Source: Blepharisma stoltei ATCC 30299 (lineage: Eukaryota; Protista; Ciliophora). Taken from it: a stretch of DNA of 64,000 nt. Below the pieces are notes generated by a model. That model had not been told where the DNA came from, searched no databases, and was given only the letters and a program-made list of their open reading frames with translations. Position numbers and translations under genes: made by a program. The DNA lies in contig CBFDEM010000036.1 in NCBI GenBank assembly GCA_965603825.1, positions 248,001 to 312,000 of the forward strand, in the 5' to 3' direction. This document shows positions 1 to 12,435 of the stretch, in pieces; position 1 is the stretch's first letter; the number at the start of each line of letters is the position of its first letter.

Positions 1-570
1 CGTCTCATTAAATATTTTTCTTGCTCTTTCAGTAACCAAATTTTTTTCAGCTTCAAATCTTTGTTTCAAAAAATTTTCGTTTTGTATTTTTTGAGCAATA
101 GCTTCATCTCTTGCTTTGCTATTTTTTTCGATTAAATTTTTTTTACTTCTTTCTATGCTTTCTTTTCTCCTTTGTCTTTCTGTTGAGATATCTCTCTTTT
201 TGTTGACTGTTTCAATTTCTCGTTCTTTGAGCGCAGTTTCAATCCCCTTTTTAAAAAGTTCATGCTTTTCTCTGATCGTTTGTCTTTTAGAAGACAGCAT
301 CTTTGCAGCTTCAATTGCTTTGTTGGCTTTTTGCTGCTCGGTTTCGAGATGTTTTATTCGATTTTTTAATAATTTTAAATTTTCGTCTGCTTGTTTCCGT
401 TCCTGCGAAAGCAAATACATTTCTATACCTTTTGTTTCAGAAATAGTGCGATGGTGCTCTTTTGGAGTTGCAGAGCAGTTTCGACGTTTAGAGCTTTTTG
501 TGCTAATTGGTGTATCATTTTCAAATAGTTCATCAGAGAGCTTGAGATATGAGTTATTAAGTCCAGACAT
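1..570 (-). CDS. Coiled-coil protein, 3' end runs off the window (MSGLNNSYLKLSDELF...)
   Basis: ATG at 570; open K/E/Q-rich frame to the window edge. The + strand ORF 116..616 is its antisense shadow. Confidence 0.75.
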   Translation of the reverse strand, partial: MSGLNNSYLKLSDELFENDTPISTKSSKRRNCSATPKEHHRTISETKGIEMYLLSQERKQADENLKLLKNRIKHLETEQQKANKAIEAAKMLSSKRQTIREKHELFKKGIETALKEREIETVNKKRDISTERQRRKESIERSKKNLIEKNSKARDEAIAQKIQNENFLKQRFEAEKNLVTERARKIFNET

Positions 571-840
571 TTATGATAAATTTGTTAAAAATGATTTAAA
601 GCTATATATTTATTAAGAAAAAATAGTTTTATATTGCCTGGCTTTAACAATATTTTGAGCTGCTTAGTTATTTGTTCTTCAATATTTTTATAATAAAACA
701 AATATAAAACTTTAAATCAAAATAAACAAATAAACTTATGATTAGGCTAGAAGCGATAATTCTTTTAAAGTTCTCAAATATAGCTTCCAATTAAATTTTC
801 CCCTAAGACTATTTAATTATGGAAGAAATTCGTTTGTTAT

Positions 841-1266
841 TTATGCTGAAAGAATAACTGATCCTCCTACTTTCTTAATTCTTTCTTCAGCTTTAGCAGA
901 AAATAGTCTTGCCTTGACATTGACTGGCCTTGAAAGAACACCTCTGCCAAGAACTTTGAAAAATCCATGAGCTCCTGCATCAATAAGAGGGATATCTGAT
1001 GATGCCTTTTGTTCTTCTGTTAACAGTGTATTAAGGGTGTCAAGATTCACGCAAGGGCAGAACTCTGTGTTTTTCTTTAAGTGGAAGCGTCTCATACCAA
1101 CTTTTCCGAAGTATCCTGGATGGAACTTGTCAAATAAGATTCTGAGGTGATGTAAACCACCGGCATTACCACGACCACAAGGATGTTTTCTGTGCTTTCC
1201 GATACGACCATGGCCCATGCTTACATGTCCTCTGAGTTTCCTGGTATGCTTGAGTCTTGCCACCAT
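841..1266 (-). CDS. RPL27A: 60S ribosomal protein L27a (uL15)
   Basis: [46 protein letters not shown] signature. Confidence 0.98.
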   Translation of the reverse strand: MVARLKHTRKLRGHVSMGHGRIGKHRKHPCGRGNAGGLHHLRILFDKFHPGYFGKVGMRRFHLKKNTEFCPCVNLDTLNTLLTEEQKASSDIPLIDAGAHGFFKVLGRGVLSRPVNVKARLFSAKAEERIKKVGGSVILSA

Positions 1267-1623
1267 ATTAATGAATTACAACACCATAGATTATCATCAA
1301 GCACATAATCGCTTATAATGATTTCTTATTGAGATTCGATTTTGAGAATTTTTAGAAAATTTAAAGAGAAACCTTTGAATGGTTTCAGTTATTTGGTATT
1401 TCTAGATTTGAGTGTATTATGCAAATAATAATAATAATCTATTTTTACTTTAAATTGATGAATAATCTTCTGAATATTTCAGTTTTATATCAACAAACAA
1501 TTTTGATAATCATGTTATGTTGGTCTTATAGATTATTTTTGTTTGATCATAAATAATAAATTAAAATATAGCAGCTGAAATAGTTTTAAGCTCAAACTAG
1601 ATTAGGAGTAAATTAATAAATTA

Positions 1624-3548
1624 CTATTCCATATTAGATTCTTCTATTGTAAAATTAACAGAATGTTTTCGATTTTGTGTTTCTCGCATGAGCACAGTAA
1701 GCTCTCCTCTTGCTTTTGTTTGGTTCCTTTTCACTAGCCATTTTGCTTCTTGTGTTTCCTCAGTTTCAATCTAATTTTTTTTTACCGTTGGAATGGGATT
1801 AAAGTTCAAATTCTTTTTTAAGTCCATTAAATCATTGAAGAACTTTGGCTTTTCTTCACCTTGAGATTGCAAATCAGCTTCTTTGTCGATTGCATTCCCT
1901 TCATCTCTATCAGATGATATTGTTTCTGCAATATACGATAAAGGTATGTTTTTATTCTCTAAAAGATTCATTAACTTTTGGCTTATATCAGTGTCCAGGT
2001 TTTTATTTTGCTTTTTTTAAGTTTGAGATTTTCAAGTCTTTCATATTCCTCGTCCGCATCAAAATTACTTTTAGCATTGGGATCATAAGGACAATTTTTC
2101 TCATCATGTCCAGTTTCTGTGCAACTCTAAATAACTATTACTGTACAAAATTGCTGCTTTCGTAGTCGCATCTCTTCTTGCATTAATTCCTCTTCTTCAT
2201 CTTTAGCAATATGCTGAGAAGTTCTACAACCTTTAGCATTTTCTCCTTTCCTTCCACAGCACCATCACATCGCACCTGAATACTGGCTTGTGTGAATTTG
2301 GCAAGACCAATTGAAGTTTTCATTTTCAAAAAAGAATTTTTTGCAATTTTTGCACACCTTTTCTTCTATTTCTCCATTTCGATTAACTTTGAAATTTGTG
2401 ATTTTGTCTCTCATTCTATCAAATTGATCAGATAAAGCATCATAATTATTTTTAATGTCTTCATATTTTATCTGAAGCTTTTCTTTTTCTTCTCTTTCTT
2501 TTGCCATCTCGTCTTTTATTTGCTGTACTTTCTCTTTAAATCGACATATAAATTTATCTCTATCATTTTTCATATAGTCTTTCATTTCAGCAATTTCTAT
2601 CATATCTTTAGATAGGATTTGATTTTGCTCAGTTAGGGTTTTTAGTGAGTTTATTAATTCAGTTTCATATAAAGCTAACTTTTTGGAGCTTTCAACAAAG
2701 GTAGCAAAATCTTTTGTTGTAATTTCTTCAGTTCGTCTTACTTTTAGAAGATCTTCGATACAGGTTTGTAAACCTATTAGACGATCACCCATTATTTGAT
2801 TTTGCATTTCTACTAAATCATTAAACCGAGCAATTTTTTGCAGCTCAGAAGAAAGCCGATCATTTACCATTTTTTCATTCAGGCATTCTGCTGAGTATTC
2901 TTCTAGCTTCGATTCACATATGGCTAACAAATTTTTATACTGGTCGGCCTGCTCGTTCAGGAAAACAATTTTCAATTCTAATTTTTGATACATTTTCAAG
3001 TTTTGGTTAAGTTGAAATTTTAGCAGTTCGAAATTTATTTCCAAATCTTCGTATTTAGATTTTAAAATGGACAGCTCAGATTCTGAAATAATTTTAGCTT
3101 GTTCTGAATCTCTCATTTTCCTAGTGCAGTCATCAAGCTCGGTTTTTACTTTTTCGATTTCGCTCATAAGTTTTTCGCTGAGTTTTAATTCACCATATAC
3201 ACTTGTCTCTGCAGTTGTTTCTCGACTCTCCAAAATGTCAGCACGCGATTTTGAAATATCAAGTGATTTTCCGTGAGAATGCCTTTTTGACAACCCCCTT
3301 GTTTTACATTCAAACATAGGCAGCAAATATGATTTTACTACTTTTGCGGCGATTTCTGGTTGAATTTCCATTATGGGCTTTAGCTTCCTTTTTTTTAGCT
3401 TGCTTGAAATAGTTTGCTGGCTTGCTTGTGTCGACAAATTTGCTTTTTCGTTGTAGATATTTTGATAAACTTTGTGCTTTAATAGTGGATTTGCTAATGG
3501 CAGCATAGAAAATGAGCAACTGAGATTATCGCTTTTTGAAAATGACAT
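1624..3548 (-). CDS. Long coiled-coil protein with C-terminal Cys/His zinc finger and CCHC zinc knuckle
   Basis: TGA at 2265-2267 read as W gives CKNC...CQIH...MWWCCGR...GC..H. Introns at 2127-2141 and 1771-1785; the spliced product gives CTSCTETGHDEKNCP. A 1-nt frame break near 2012-2018 separates the last part (see findings). Ends TAG TAA. Confidence 0.7.
1771..1785 (-). other. 15-nt spliceosomal intron GTAAAAAAAAATTAG
   Basis: Removal bypasses an in-frame TAG and extends the coding frame to 1624. Confidence 0.8.
2127..2141 (-). other. 15-nt intron GTAATAGTTATTTAG
   Basis: Removal restores the CX2CX4HX4C zinc knuckle. Confidence 0.92.
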
Positions 3549-3586
3549 CTAAAAAAAATTATGATTTTTAAAATCTTATGATTAAA

Positions 3587-5329
3587 TTAAGAGTCATCAA
3601 ACCTGAATTCGCAGTTTCTGATTTCAGTGCCGTCTTTATTCGTAGCTCCAGCATATATATTTGTGCTTCCAAACCTCAGTGTGACTTTAACAGTCTTATC
3701 TTCTACTGACTGGAAAGGTCTCCCTATATCAATTGTAAGTTCTCCAAGCTGTTCTACCCCTTCTTCATCGACAAAATCGACATCTCTAGACTCAGTGCAG
3801 TAAAAAATAATCCTCATGACAGTTTGTCTTGATCTTACTGGACAATATGTTTTTGTATGCACTTCTTCAGCACCTACAGAATCTCCAGCTCTGACAAAAG
3901 GATCGAAAACGTCTTCACAGAAATCTTCTCCTTCAATTATGACTTTTTTGGTTTCTGGGTGTCTTTCAGGGTCAAATGTGGTAAGGGTATTTATCCCATA
4001 TGTTTTTTTGACAATTCTAGAAGTTATAGAGTGGGGGTCAAGGCCAAATAGGCAAGCTCCTCGGACTACGCTCACTTGTGGACGTCGAGGGACTAAAACT
4101 TGCAGCTGCTCAGTTTCGAATTGCTTTTTTATTTCTTGCTTAAGGAATGGACTTTCAGAGAACCCGCCAACCATAAAAATAAAGCCTAACTGTTCGCCTT
4201 TGGCATCAACTTGAGATTTCAGCTGAGCCACTTTTGACTTTATGTTTTCAAAAAGAGGCTGGAAAAATGAAGCCATAAGAGGGGTAGGCAGATCTAAACT
4301 TGACGAGCCTCTTTGTTTTAGCTCAAACTCTGGTGGATGAGCTTTATTATAATTCTTAACCAAATTCGACAAAATTTGTGCAGTTAAATCTTCGCCCATG
4401 TAGCTCAGCTGCAATCTTGATCTTTCATCAATTCCAGGACAGAACTTCCTTTTAAGCATTTCAAAGTGTTTCAAAATATCTAATCTTCCTACAGCATTTC
4501 TCATATATTTCCCAAACAATTCTTCCCCAAAAAATTCTTTCATAAATTCTTCAAAATAAACATCTACGAATTTTGATCCCCATTCACATCCACCACTTGA
4601 CGGCAACAGTTCTTCGCATAAAAACTTTTCTTCAGGCTCGCATAAAAGCTTGTGCACTGTTATATCGACAGTCCCCCCTCCACAATCCAGCACCATGACA
4701 ACAGTGTTTTTGGTCATTTGCTGCTTAATGCTTTCTTCACTATCTTCTCTAACTGAAATTGAGGCTCCTTCAGGCTCTAAACACAACAGGAGATTAGGTG
4801 AATTTAGCTCTGTTATAATTCCAGCCTCAACACAGGCACTTCTCATAAACTGCTTATGCTCTTCACTTCATAATGCAGGCACCGTTAGCACCCACATGAT
4901 TTTTGTTTTGACGACTTTTCCGACTTGTTCTGATAATTTTTGAATAGCCTTGTCAGATATAAATCGCAGAGTTTCCGAAATCACAGTCATCAGTGGCATT
5001 TCGCGGCCATCTACAGAGACTGCATTGCTATGAAGATGGAGAAGATGCATTTTGTACGTTTGAAAAAGCAATGCACTTTCCCCATCGTCTATTATTTCTG
5101 CATATTGCTGAAGTGCTTGCGACCCAAATGCCAAAAACTTGAAATTCGTGTCAAAGAGAATCGCTGTGATAGCTTTTTGATCGTCTGTGTCATCGCATGG
5201 ATTAAAAACTTCAATTCGGGCTTTACCGTTTTCCTTGAGACGAGGAGTAATTGCATAGCCAGATGCGCCTGTACCGAAATCAATTGCAATGATGTGGGTG
5301 TATGAGGAATCTTCCTTGAGGATTGCCAT
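3587..5329 (-). CDS. HSP70 superfamily, HSPA12-like protein
   Basis: IAIDFGT, WVLTVPAL[TGA=W], LEPEGAS, VLDCGGGTVD, MVGGFSESPFL. ORFs 4868..5329 and 3587..4846 join in frame through TGA 4868-4870. Confidence 0.93.
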
Positions 5330-5464
5330 GCTTGAATTAATAATTGAATTTAAATTTCGAAGGAAATGGAGCTGCTGGGTTAAGTGGAGGAGGATTTTAA
5401 AAATTATGAAGTAATTGAATGATATCTTATAAAAGAGAAAAAGAATTATGAATGAAATTAATAG

Positions 5465-6502
5465 TTAATTACCTAGAACATAAATTTTTGAAGCAGGAGC
5501 GTTGTTAATTCTCAACTCAACACATGTCTGGCTACCTTCAAATTTTGGTAACTTTTTGTAAGTTAGAACTCCAAATACAGAAAATTTGCCCAGGGGTTTC
5601 GATTCCATATATCTAGGGTTATCTTTTGGCCACCAGAAAAGCTCAGGTGCATATTGATTGGAAGTATGGCTAACGATTTTAAATGAAAAGTGTTCTTGAG
5701 ACTCCTGAATCGCTCTAATTGACATCAAGGAAACGTTACATATATTACTCACTATCCTTCCAAAGGCAAGAATTTTGAAATTTAATATTTGAAACTGGTG
5801 CAATGCGTCATATTGAAACTCAATTTTAAGGTCTATTGAAGAATTGGGCTTGATTTTTGGCAGCTTTTTATAGCAGCGTGCAGTTTTTTCTTCATAAAGT
5901 ATAAGCGAATCAAACTCATGATAGGTTTTATTGTTGATATGGATCTCATGCTGGCCCCTATCTTTACTTTGCTCCATCAAAAGCTCTAAATGTGAGTCTT
6001 GAAGCTGTGAAGGAAACTTCAATAGCTCAGATTCAATAAGTATTGAGTTTGTTGACTTGGGAATATTTATTATTTTATTGATTTCTTTTATTTCTTCTTT
6101 GAGATTGTTGATTTCTTTAATTACCTTTTTTTCGTCCCTCAAAGGATTAACAGCAGCAACGAAATCTAATGAGACACTGGAATCTGGCCCACAATCATAC
6201 TGCATTTTATTTTTCGCCTGATCTGCAGTATGAGAAATTAAAGCGAGGCTATCTTTAATGTTTTGTTGAAGTTGCTTGCAAGAATCATAGCGTTTTATTC
6301 TTTCGATTTTTTCGTTAGCAATACTCAATATTACTGCTGGCTGTGAAGTATAGAGAAGTTCCGATTTTCGTTTTTCTCTGGTGCTAGCATCTTCTTCCTC
6401 AATGTCAATTGCATAACTTTGATAGATATCCATATCTTGCTCGACAGAAAATACTGATTCTGACTTAAAATTACCTGAAATTGATTGTACTTGAGACTCC
6501 AT
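5465..6502 (-). CDS. Hypothetical protein (short coiled coil plus beta-rich C-terminal half)
   Basis: 345-aa ATG..TAA ORF between AT-rich spacers; no family recognised. Confidence 0.75.
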   Translation of the reverse strand: MESQVQSISGNFKSESVFSVEQDMDIYQSYAIDIEEEDASTREKRKSELLYTSQPAVILSIANEKIERIKRYDSCKQLQQNIKDSLALISHTADQAKNKMQYDCGPDSSVSLDFVAAVNPLRDEKKVIKEINNLKEEIKEINKIINIPKSTNSILIESELLKFPSQLQDSHLELLMEQSKDRGQHEIHINNKTYHEFDSLILYEEKTARCYKKLPKIKPNSSIDLKIEFQYDALHQFQILNFKILAFGRIVSNICNVSLMSIRAIQESQEHFSFKIVSHTSNQYAPELFWWPKDNPRYMESKPLGKFSVFGVLTYKKLPKFEGSQTCVELRINNAPASKIYVLGN

Positions 6503-6935
6503 TTTAAGTTTATAAATCTACAAAACTAGATGTTTTTAAATTTTATTATGATTTATTGATGGGGATCTTGAAAAACTTTTTATTTTTAGATTAAGATCAA
6601 TTCCTAAATGCAGTTTGAAATATTGATGACTAAAATTCATACTTATGAATTATTAGAAATAAAAATTGCTTTCAAAATCAAAGAATTTTAACAGAGAATA
6701 ATAAAACAAATAATTGCTTAATAAATTACGTCTTATATAAATATCGAATTAGATTGAATAAAATTAAATCCTTTAAAATATTCATATTTTTACACATCAT
6801 AAATTTATTTCCATTATTCTTATTTTTTATAATATGATCCAGTTTTACAGTAAGTCCCTTATACAACCATTCTAATAAGTTTCTTCTATTTCCAAACCGA
6901 TTGAATTATCTTGACTAATATGATATGGTAAAAAT

Positions 6936-7304
6936 ATGGCCTCTGTAGCACGCACCGAACTCTCCAAAGCCGAGCACGACGAACTCAGCTGCGTTTTTGC
7001 TGCCTTAATTCTTCATGACGAAGGTGTAGAAATCACAGCCGAAAAAATACAGAAATTAGTATCAGCCTCAGGAAATGATATTGAGAAATATTGGCCTCTT
7101 CTTTTCTCTAATGCTCTTAAAGGACAAGATGTAAGCAAACTTCTGAGCAATCTAGGAAGCGGAAGCGCTGCATCAGCACCAGCCTCTGCTCCTGCAACTT
7201 CAGGAGAAACCAAGACAGAGGAAAAGAAAGAAGAAAAGAAAGAAGAAGCTGAAGAAGAAGTCCTTGATGGAGGTATGGATCTGTTTGGAGGAGATGAATG
7301 GTAA
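6936..7304 (+). CDS. RPLP1: 60S acidic ribosomal protein P1
   Basis: ELSCVFAALILHD, YWPLLF, Ala-rich hinge, acidic tail ending GGMDLFGGDEW. Confidence 0.97.
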   Translation: MASVARTELSKAEHDELSCVFAALILHDEGVEITAEKIQKLVSASGNDIEKYWPLLFSNALKGQDVSKLLSNLGSGSAASAPASAPATSGETKTEEKKEEKKEEAEEEVLDGGMDLFGGDEW

Positions 7305-7399
7305 TAGCTTAACAAATTCTTTTTATTATTCAGAAGTTCTTATTAGTTAAAGCTGTGTGTTAGGTAATTATCAATCTTTTACGTGATTCGTGGGAAATC

Positions 7400-8911
7400 T
7401 TAAGAATTATTTTCGTCTGAAATTCTTTTTTTTAAGCTTGCCATAAGCTTATGCCGCTTTATTTTATTTGCCAATTCACTTTTTTCTTCGGTCTTCGCTA
7501 TTTCCTTGCTGCTCTCTCTGAATTTTATAGGCTTTTTCCCTTTCTTTTCTTTATTCACTTCATTTTCTCTTTTTAGCTCGATTTTCTTCATTTCCTCTTC
7601 ATGAAGCATTTGTTTGGCTTCACTGTTTGCTTTACTAATTTCATCATGAGCTTTTTCTAGTAGTTCTTGATTTAGTGTAATAGACGGTATAGACTGTTTG
7701 ACAGCTTTTCTCAACTGTGATCTCTCATTTGGTGTGCAAAGGCTAATGCTTATCCCACTCAACCCAGCTCTTGCAGTCCTTCCAATTCTATGCAGAAGCC
7801 TTTGAATTTCTCTAGGAATATTCATATTAATCACAGCTTTCACAGGCAAATCAAGCCCTCTGGCAGCAAGATCAGTTGTTATTAAGATATCAATATCACC
7901 ATTTTGGAAGTCATTCACAGCACTCAGTCTTTGCAATTGTGTCAAATTACCATGAAGCTCTCCTGATTTTTTCCCTAAGACTTGCAAAATCAGATGCAGT
8001 CTGTGGCATTCTTTTTTTGTTTTTACAAAAACAATGACGTCTTTGGGAGTTTCGTGATTTAGTAGATATAAAACAACTGCTTCTCTATTCATCTCATCTT
8101 TAATTCTTACAATTTTTTGGTCTAAAGTGTCTGGAACTCCGGATTTCCCTATTTTTACAGCAGATTTCAAAGCCAGCTTTGATAGACCTTTAACGCTGTC
8201 ATTCATGGTTGCAGAGGCTAAAATTGTTTGCCTGGTGCTTGGAAGTTTATCAATGATTTCATTGATTTCTTTAATAAAGCCCATGTCAAGTAATCTGTCA
8301 GCCTCGTCAAGGACAAGAAATTCGATATTTTCACATATAAGCTCTTTTGTGTTGTTTATATGGTCGAGAATTTTTCCTGGAGTTCCTATAACTATTTCTG
8401 GCATTTCCTGCAGCAAATTAGCTTCTTTTGTTGAGCTTGCCCCTCCCATTACTACTTGGCAATTTAGTTTAGTAAACTTAGCAAAACTTTTTATCATAGA
8501 ATGTGTTTGCTGGCTTAATTCTCGAGTTGGACTTAATACGAGTACCTTTGTGGTAAATCGTACTCTACTACTAAGCAGCTTGCTTAGAATCGGCAAACCA
8601 AATGCAGCTGTTTTACCTGACCCTGTTTGAGCACACAAAATTACGTCTTTTCCTTTCAACACTTCTGGTATTGATTGTTCTTGGATTTTCGTTGGACATG
8701 TAAACCCCATTTCTTCACAAGCCCTTATTAGTGGCTTTGATAATCCTAATTCCCAAAATGTATTTTCGCTCTCGTTGATGGCTGTGCTTTCTCGACTCCT
8801 TTTATTTCCAACTCTTAGCTCACCTCCTACATTTGAGTTATTGAAGGTTCAATTTTGTGCTTTTGTGTCATCTTCAAGGTCATCAAAAAAGCTGGACTTA
8901 GAAAATTCCAT
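7400..8911 (-). CDS. DDX27: DEAD-box RNA helicase, DDX27/DRS1-like
   Basis: Q motif (FWELGLSKPLIRAC..MGF..PT.IQ), AQTGSGKT, PTREL, LDEAD, SAT, HRIGRTARAG. N-terminus extends to ATG 8911 through one TGA. Confidence 0.88.
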
Positions 8912-9042
8912 ATTCCCTTGTTAATATTAGGAATTTTAATTTAATTTTGCATCAAAATTTAAGACAATTTTAAAGCTTTTAAATTAAAATTAATATTATT
9001 AAGACTTTTAAACCTTAAAATTATAGATAAGATTCAAATTAA

Positions 9043-10512
9043 TTATTCAGCTTCACATAAAAAATTAAGAATTTCATAAAGCTTCTGTTGAATTCGTATA
9101 TTTGGATTTGCCCTTAGATCTTCTAAATTCTGACACCCTCCACATTCATCAATTAGTTCTAAAAGAGACTGATTCACTTCTACCGTAGACTGCCGATTGA
9201 AAGTCAAAGTGTACATTAAACTTTCCAAAGCCAGGGTTAAAATACTCTTATCATCACTTCTAAGAGCTCCGCAAAGAGTAGAAATTAAATTCATTTGAAT
9301 TAGTTGAGTCATCTGAGCGGTGTTGCATGCTGAAACAGCACTTGTCAAAAATAATAAAAATTGCCTCTTGGTTAAGTTTTCATTTTCTGTGCTAATAAGA
9401 TTGGTGATTTTTGTGAAAATACTATTTACAAAAAGGGTATCTAAATACTCTGCGGTGCATAGCTTTGCCAAACACCATGCAGAATCTTTTCTTATTCCTC
9501 GGTAGTCTGAGTCTAATAGGCCTGAGAGTATTGGAATTATTTGCATTTTAATTGTGTTTTTCAGATATGGAGAAGAATCAGTGGAAATGGCTCTTATGAC
9601 TCTTAAACTGGGGACTACAAACATGGTGAGATTACTTGTAAGATATCAAATTATTTTTGGAATAATATTTCCGCATTTTAGTAGCAAGCTTATTGATTCT
9701 TCACAGCCTTCACATAGTCTTGCTAATATCAAAATACAGTCTGATATAATGCCAGAGTGCTGGCTCTCATTCAAAAAATTTGCCGCTAACGGTATTATTT
9801 CTTCTACCAATTGAAAATTAATAAACTTGTATATACATATATTGCTGATCGCTCAGCACCCTTCACGAATTGTAGATATCCTTTGAGAGTATTTGACAAC
9901 TCTTATTAATTCATTTAGCCCACCTAAATTTATAGCTAATTGTCTATATTCATCAGTATCTCCACATAGATTTCCTAACGCTCAAATGGCTTGATCTCTT
10001 ACATCTTCGTTTTCAGAATTCATTAGATTAATCAATAAAGGCAAAGCTCCAGAGTTCACTACCAATTCCACATATTCATGATCTCCATAGCTTATATTGG
10101 TTAATATCCATGCTCCTTCCATTTGAAGTTCTGGGAAATCATATCGCTGAATTCATTCAATTGTATAGGGCAAAATACCCGCTCTTAAAACTTCACTTAT
10201 GTGAGGATCAGCCAGACTCAAAATTTTCCTAAAACCTTGGGCAGCAAATAAGTGACTTTGGTCATCAGGATTTTTTAATGCTTCTACTAATTCTGGAATA
10301 TCTTCAATCTCATAGCTTGATTTATAAAATGATTTTTCAGATTTTGATTCTTGAGTAGAAATGCTCAATTTTCTGAAAGCATCGGCTAAATCAGATCTCT
10401 GAGTTTTTGATTTTTCAATAGCACCTTTAATTTTCTGAATATTCAGTTTTTGCGTTGAAAAAGGCAGATTTAGCATTTGGCGTGTTGGGTGAAAATCGAG
10501 ATATTTTGACAT
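9043..10512 (-). CDS. Importin alpha (karyopherin alpha), divergent
   Basis: ARM repeats: LQMEGAWILTNI, DQAI[TGA=W]ALGNLCGD, RKDSAWCL. Single frame once four TGA codons are read as W. Confidence 0.92.
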
Positions 10513-10625
10513 TTAAATTTTAATTCCTTTAGAAAATAGGTCGCAACTTGACATAATAATATTAACATTGATAAGAGGTTTTTTAAGAATAAATTTAAGT
10601 ATTGTCAAATTAAACTTACTTTTAT

Positions 10626-12284
10626 TTAGCGGGGTTTACCATGCATCTTGCCATCAGGGGTCTTAGCATCACCAGGAGGCTTCATTGGTTTATTAGGGTT
10701 TGGGATTTCAGCTTGTCTTGCAATGCTTGCTATTTGCTGTGCGTTGCTTCATTGTACTTGTTTATCAGTAGAAATTTCAGTCATATCACTGAGTTTTAAG
10801 TTAGATTCTTTTATAATCGCTAAAGGAATTGCAGTGCTAACTTTTTCACTTTCATTCATGGGCTTTATATTTAAAAGCGTTGATAAATCTAACTCAGGCT
10901 TAGGCAGAGCTTTAAAACTAGGTGATGGTGCTGGACCATAATACTTGGAGTTGATATTTTGATAGTGATAAAAATAGTAATTGTTTTCAAAATTCAAATT
11001 GTGCAGCAAAAAATCAAGGGGCTCATTTGGATCTGAATTTTGAAAATTTGGTTCAATTTTAGGATATACCATTGGGGAAACACCTTTTCTTTGAAACAAA
11101 GAAAAATTCGAAGAAAACTGTTGAATTGGAGGTACGGTTGGGAGCAAAGCTGGCTGAGGTCTAAACCCTGAGCTAACATTTCTCCCTTTTCTTTTTTGCA
11201 ATAGGTTTCATCTTTGGTTACACTCATCAGCAGTATAAAAATCGCTTGTAGTATGCTTAGAAATACTCATTAAATCAGCCACCAAGTCCCAGTTTCCTCC
11301 AAACTCATATACTAGCTTTTCCAGCTCCATATCTTCAAAAATCCTCCATTCCTTTTTCGACTGATTAGGAAATGGGTACATTTCACTTTGAAATCTCGTT
11401 AAAGTCAGCGTTTCAGGCGATTTATCTTCAATGCTTCTTTTTGACACTTCCCATATAGCAAATTCTTCAGAATCCGGCGCAAGCATAAATAGCTCTTTAT
11501 CAATGACTTGTTCTTCATGGGTGATTTCTCTGAATTCTTGTTCATTACTTGATAAAGGAGCATAGATATCAATATCTTCCAAATGCAAAGTTTCTAGCTG
11601 AGCTCTTAAATCATAGTCTATGCTGGTGATGGTGTCAATGTCGTAATACATCTGTAAATTACTTCCAAAATCTGATGTAAAATCGTTTTCATGAACTGCG
11701 GTTTCTGGAGTTGATGGAGGGGACTCATGATTTTTTTCCACAATCTCTGGAGGCTGGAAACCGTACTTGTGAACCATATTTAAAGAGTATTTCTTTACAG
11801 GCTTTTCTTTAGGATCTGGAGGTGGCTCAATTACTATAACAGGCTTTAGTTCAATTTTTTCTAAAACAATATTTATTCGTGAAATGCTGTGATTTACATC
11901 TGCGACCTGCCATACTTTTTCTGGCTCTTTAGGCTTTTCCTCTTCTCTTTTCCCATCATCAATTGACGCAAAATATTGCAAAACCATTTCCCCTATCTTT
12001 TTGGCTTCTGATTGCAGTTGGTTTCCAGTTTTTGGTTCCGCAACTAGCACATGCTTGGCCTTGCTTTTTATTTCTATAGCTAAAATATAGGCACATGCAA
12101 TTTTGTGTTTTCGCTCCTCAATAAAATCAGCTGAAAGCCATTTCATTTCCTCTAGCATGTAATCATGGTGTGTGCACATTCTTTTAGGTTCTTCTATTTT
12201 TGGCATGCGTCTTCCTCCTATCTTTTCACGTAACTGCGAAACTTTGTGAAGAAGCTGATATCTTTGATCAAGCAAATCATCCAT
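10626..12284 (-). CDS. EAF1: EAF1/EP400-like NuA4 scaffold protein (HSA plus SANT/Myb domains)
   Basis: HSA: HHDYMLEEMKWLSADFIEERKHK. SANT: W..FED.EL..LV..FGGNWDLVA...ECNQR[TGA=W]. Joined through TGA at 11208 and 10749. Confidence 0.82.
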
Positions 12285-12435
12285 TTTAATTTTTATAATT
12301 TTATTTAATTTAGCTAAAAAGAGAAAATGTTAATAAAAAGTTTAATAGAAATGAGATATGGATAAATAAACAAATTTTTAACAAAGAGTAAAACTTTTTA
12401 ACTTTATACATTAACTAATGCTGATTCAAGATTAT

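Noticed and set aside
116-616. Hydrophobic + strand ORF, and similar antisense ORFs such as 8127..8630, 50324..50719 and 54845..55165
   Set aside because: Antisense shadows of K/E-rich coding sequence on the opposite strand; no independent motifs.
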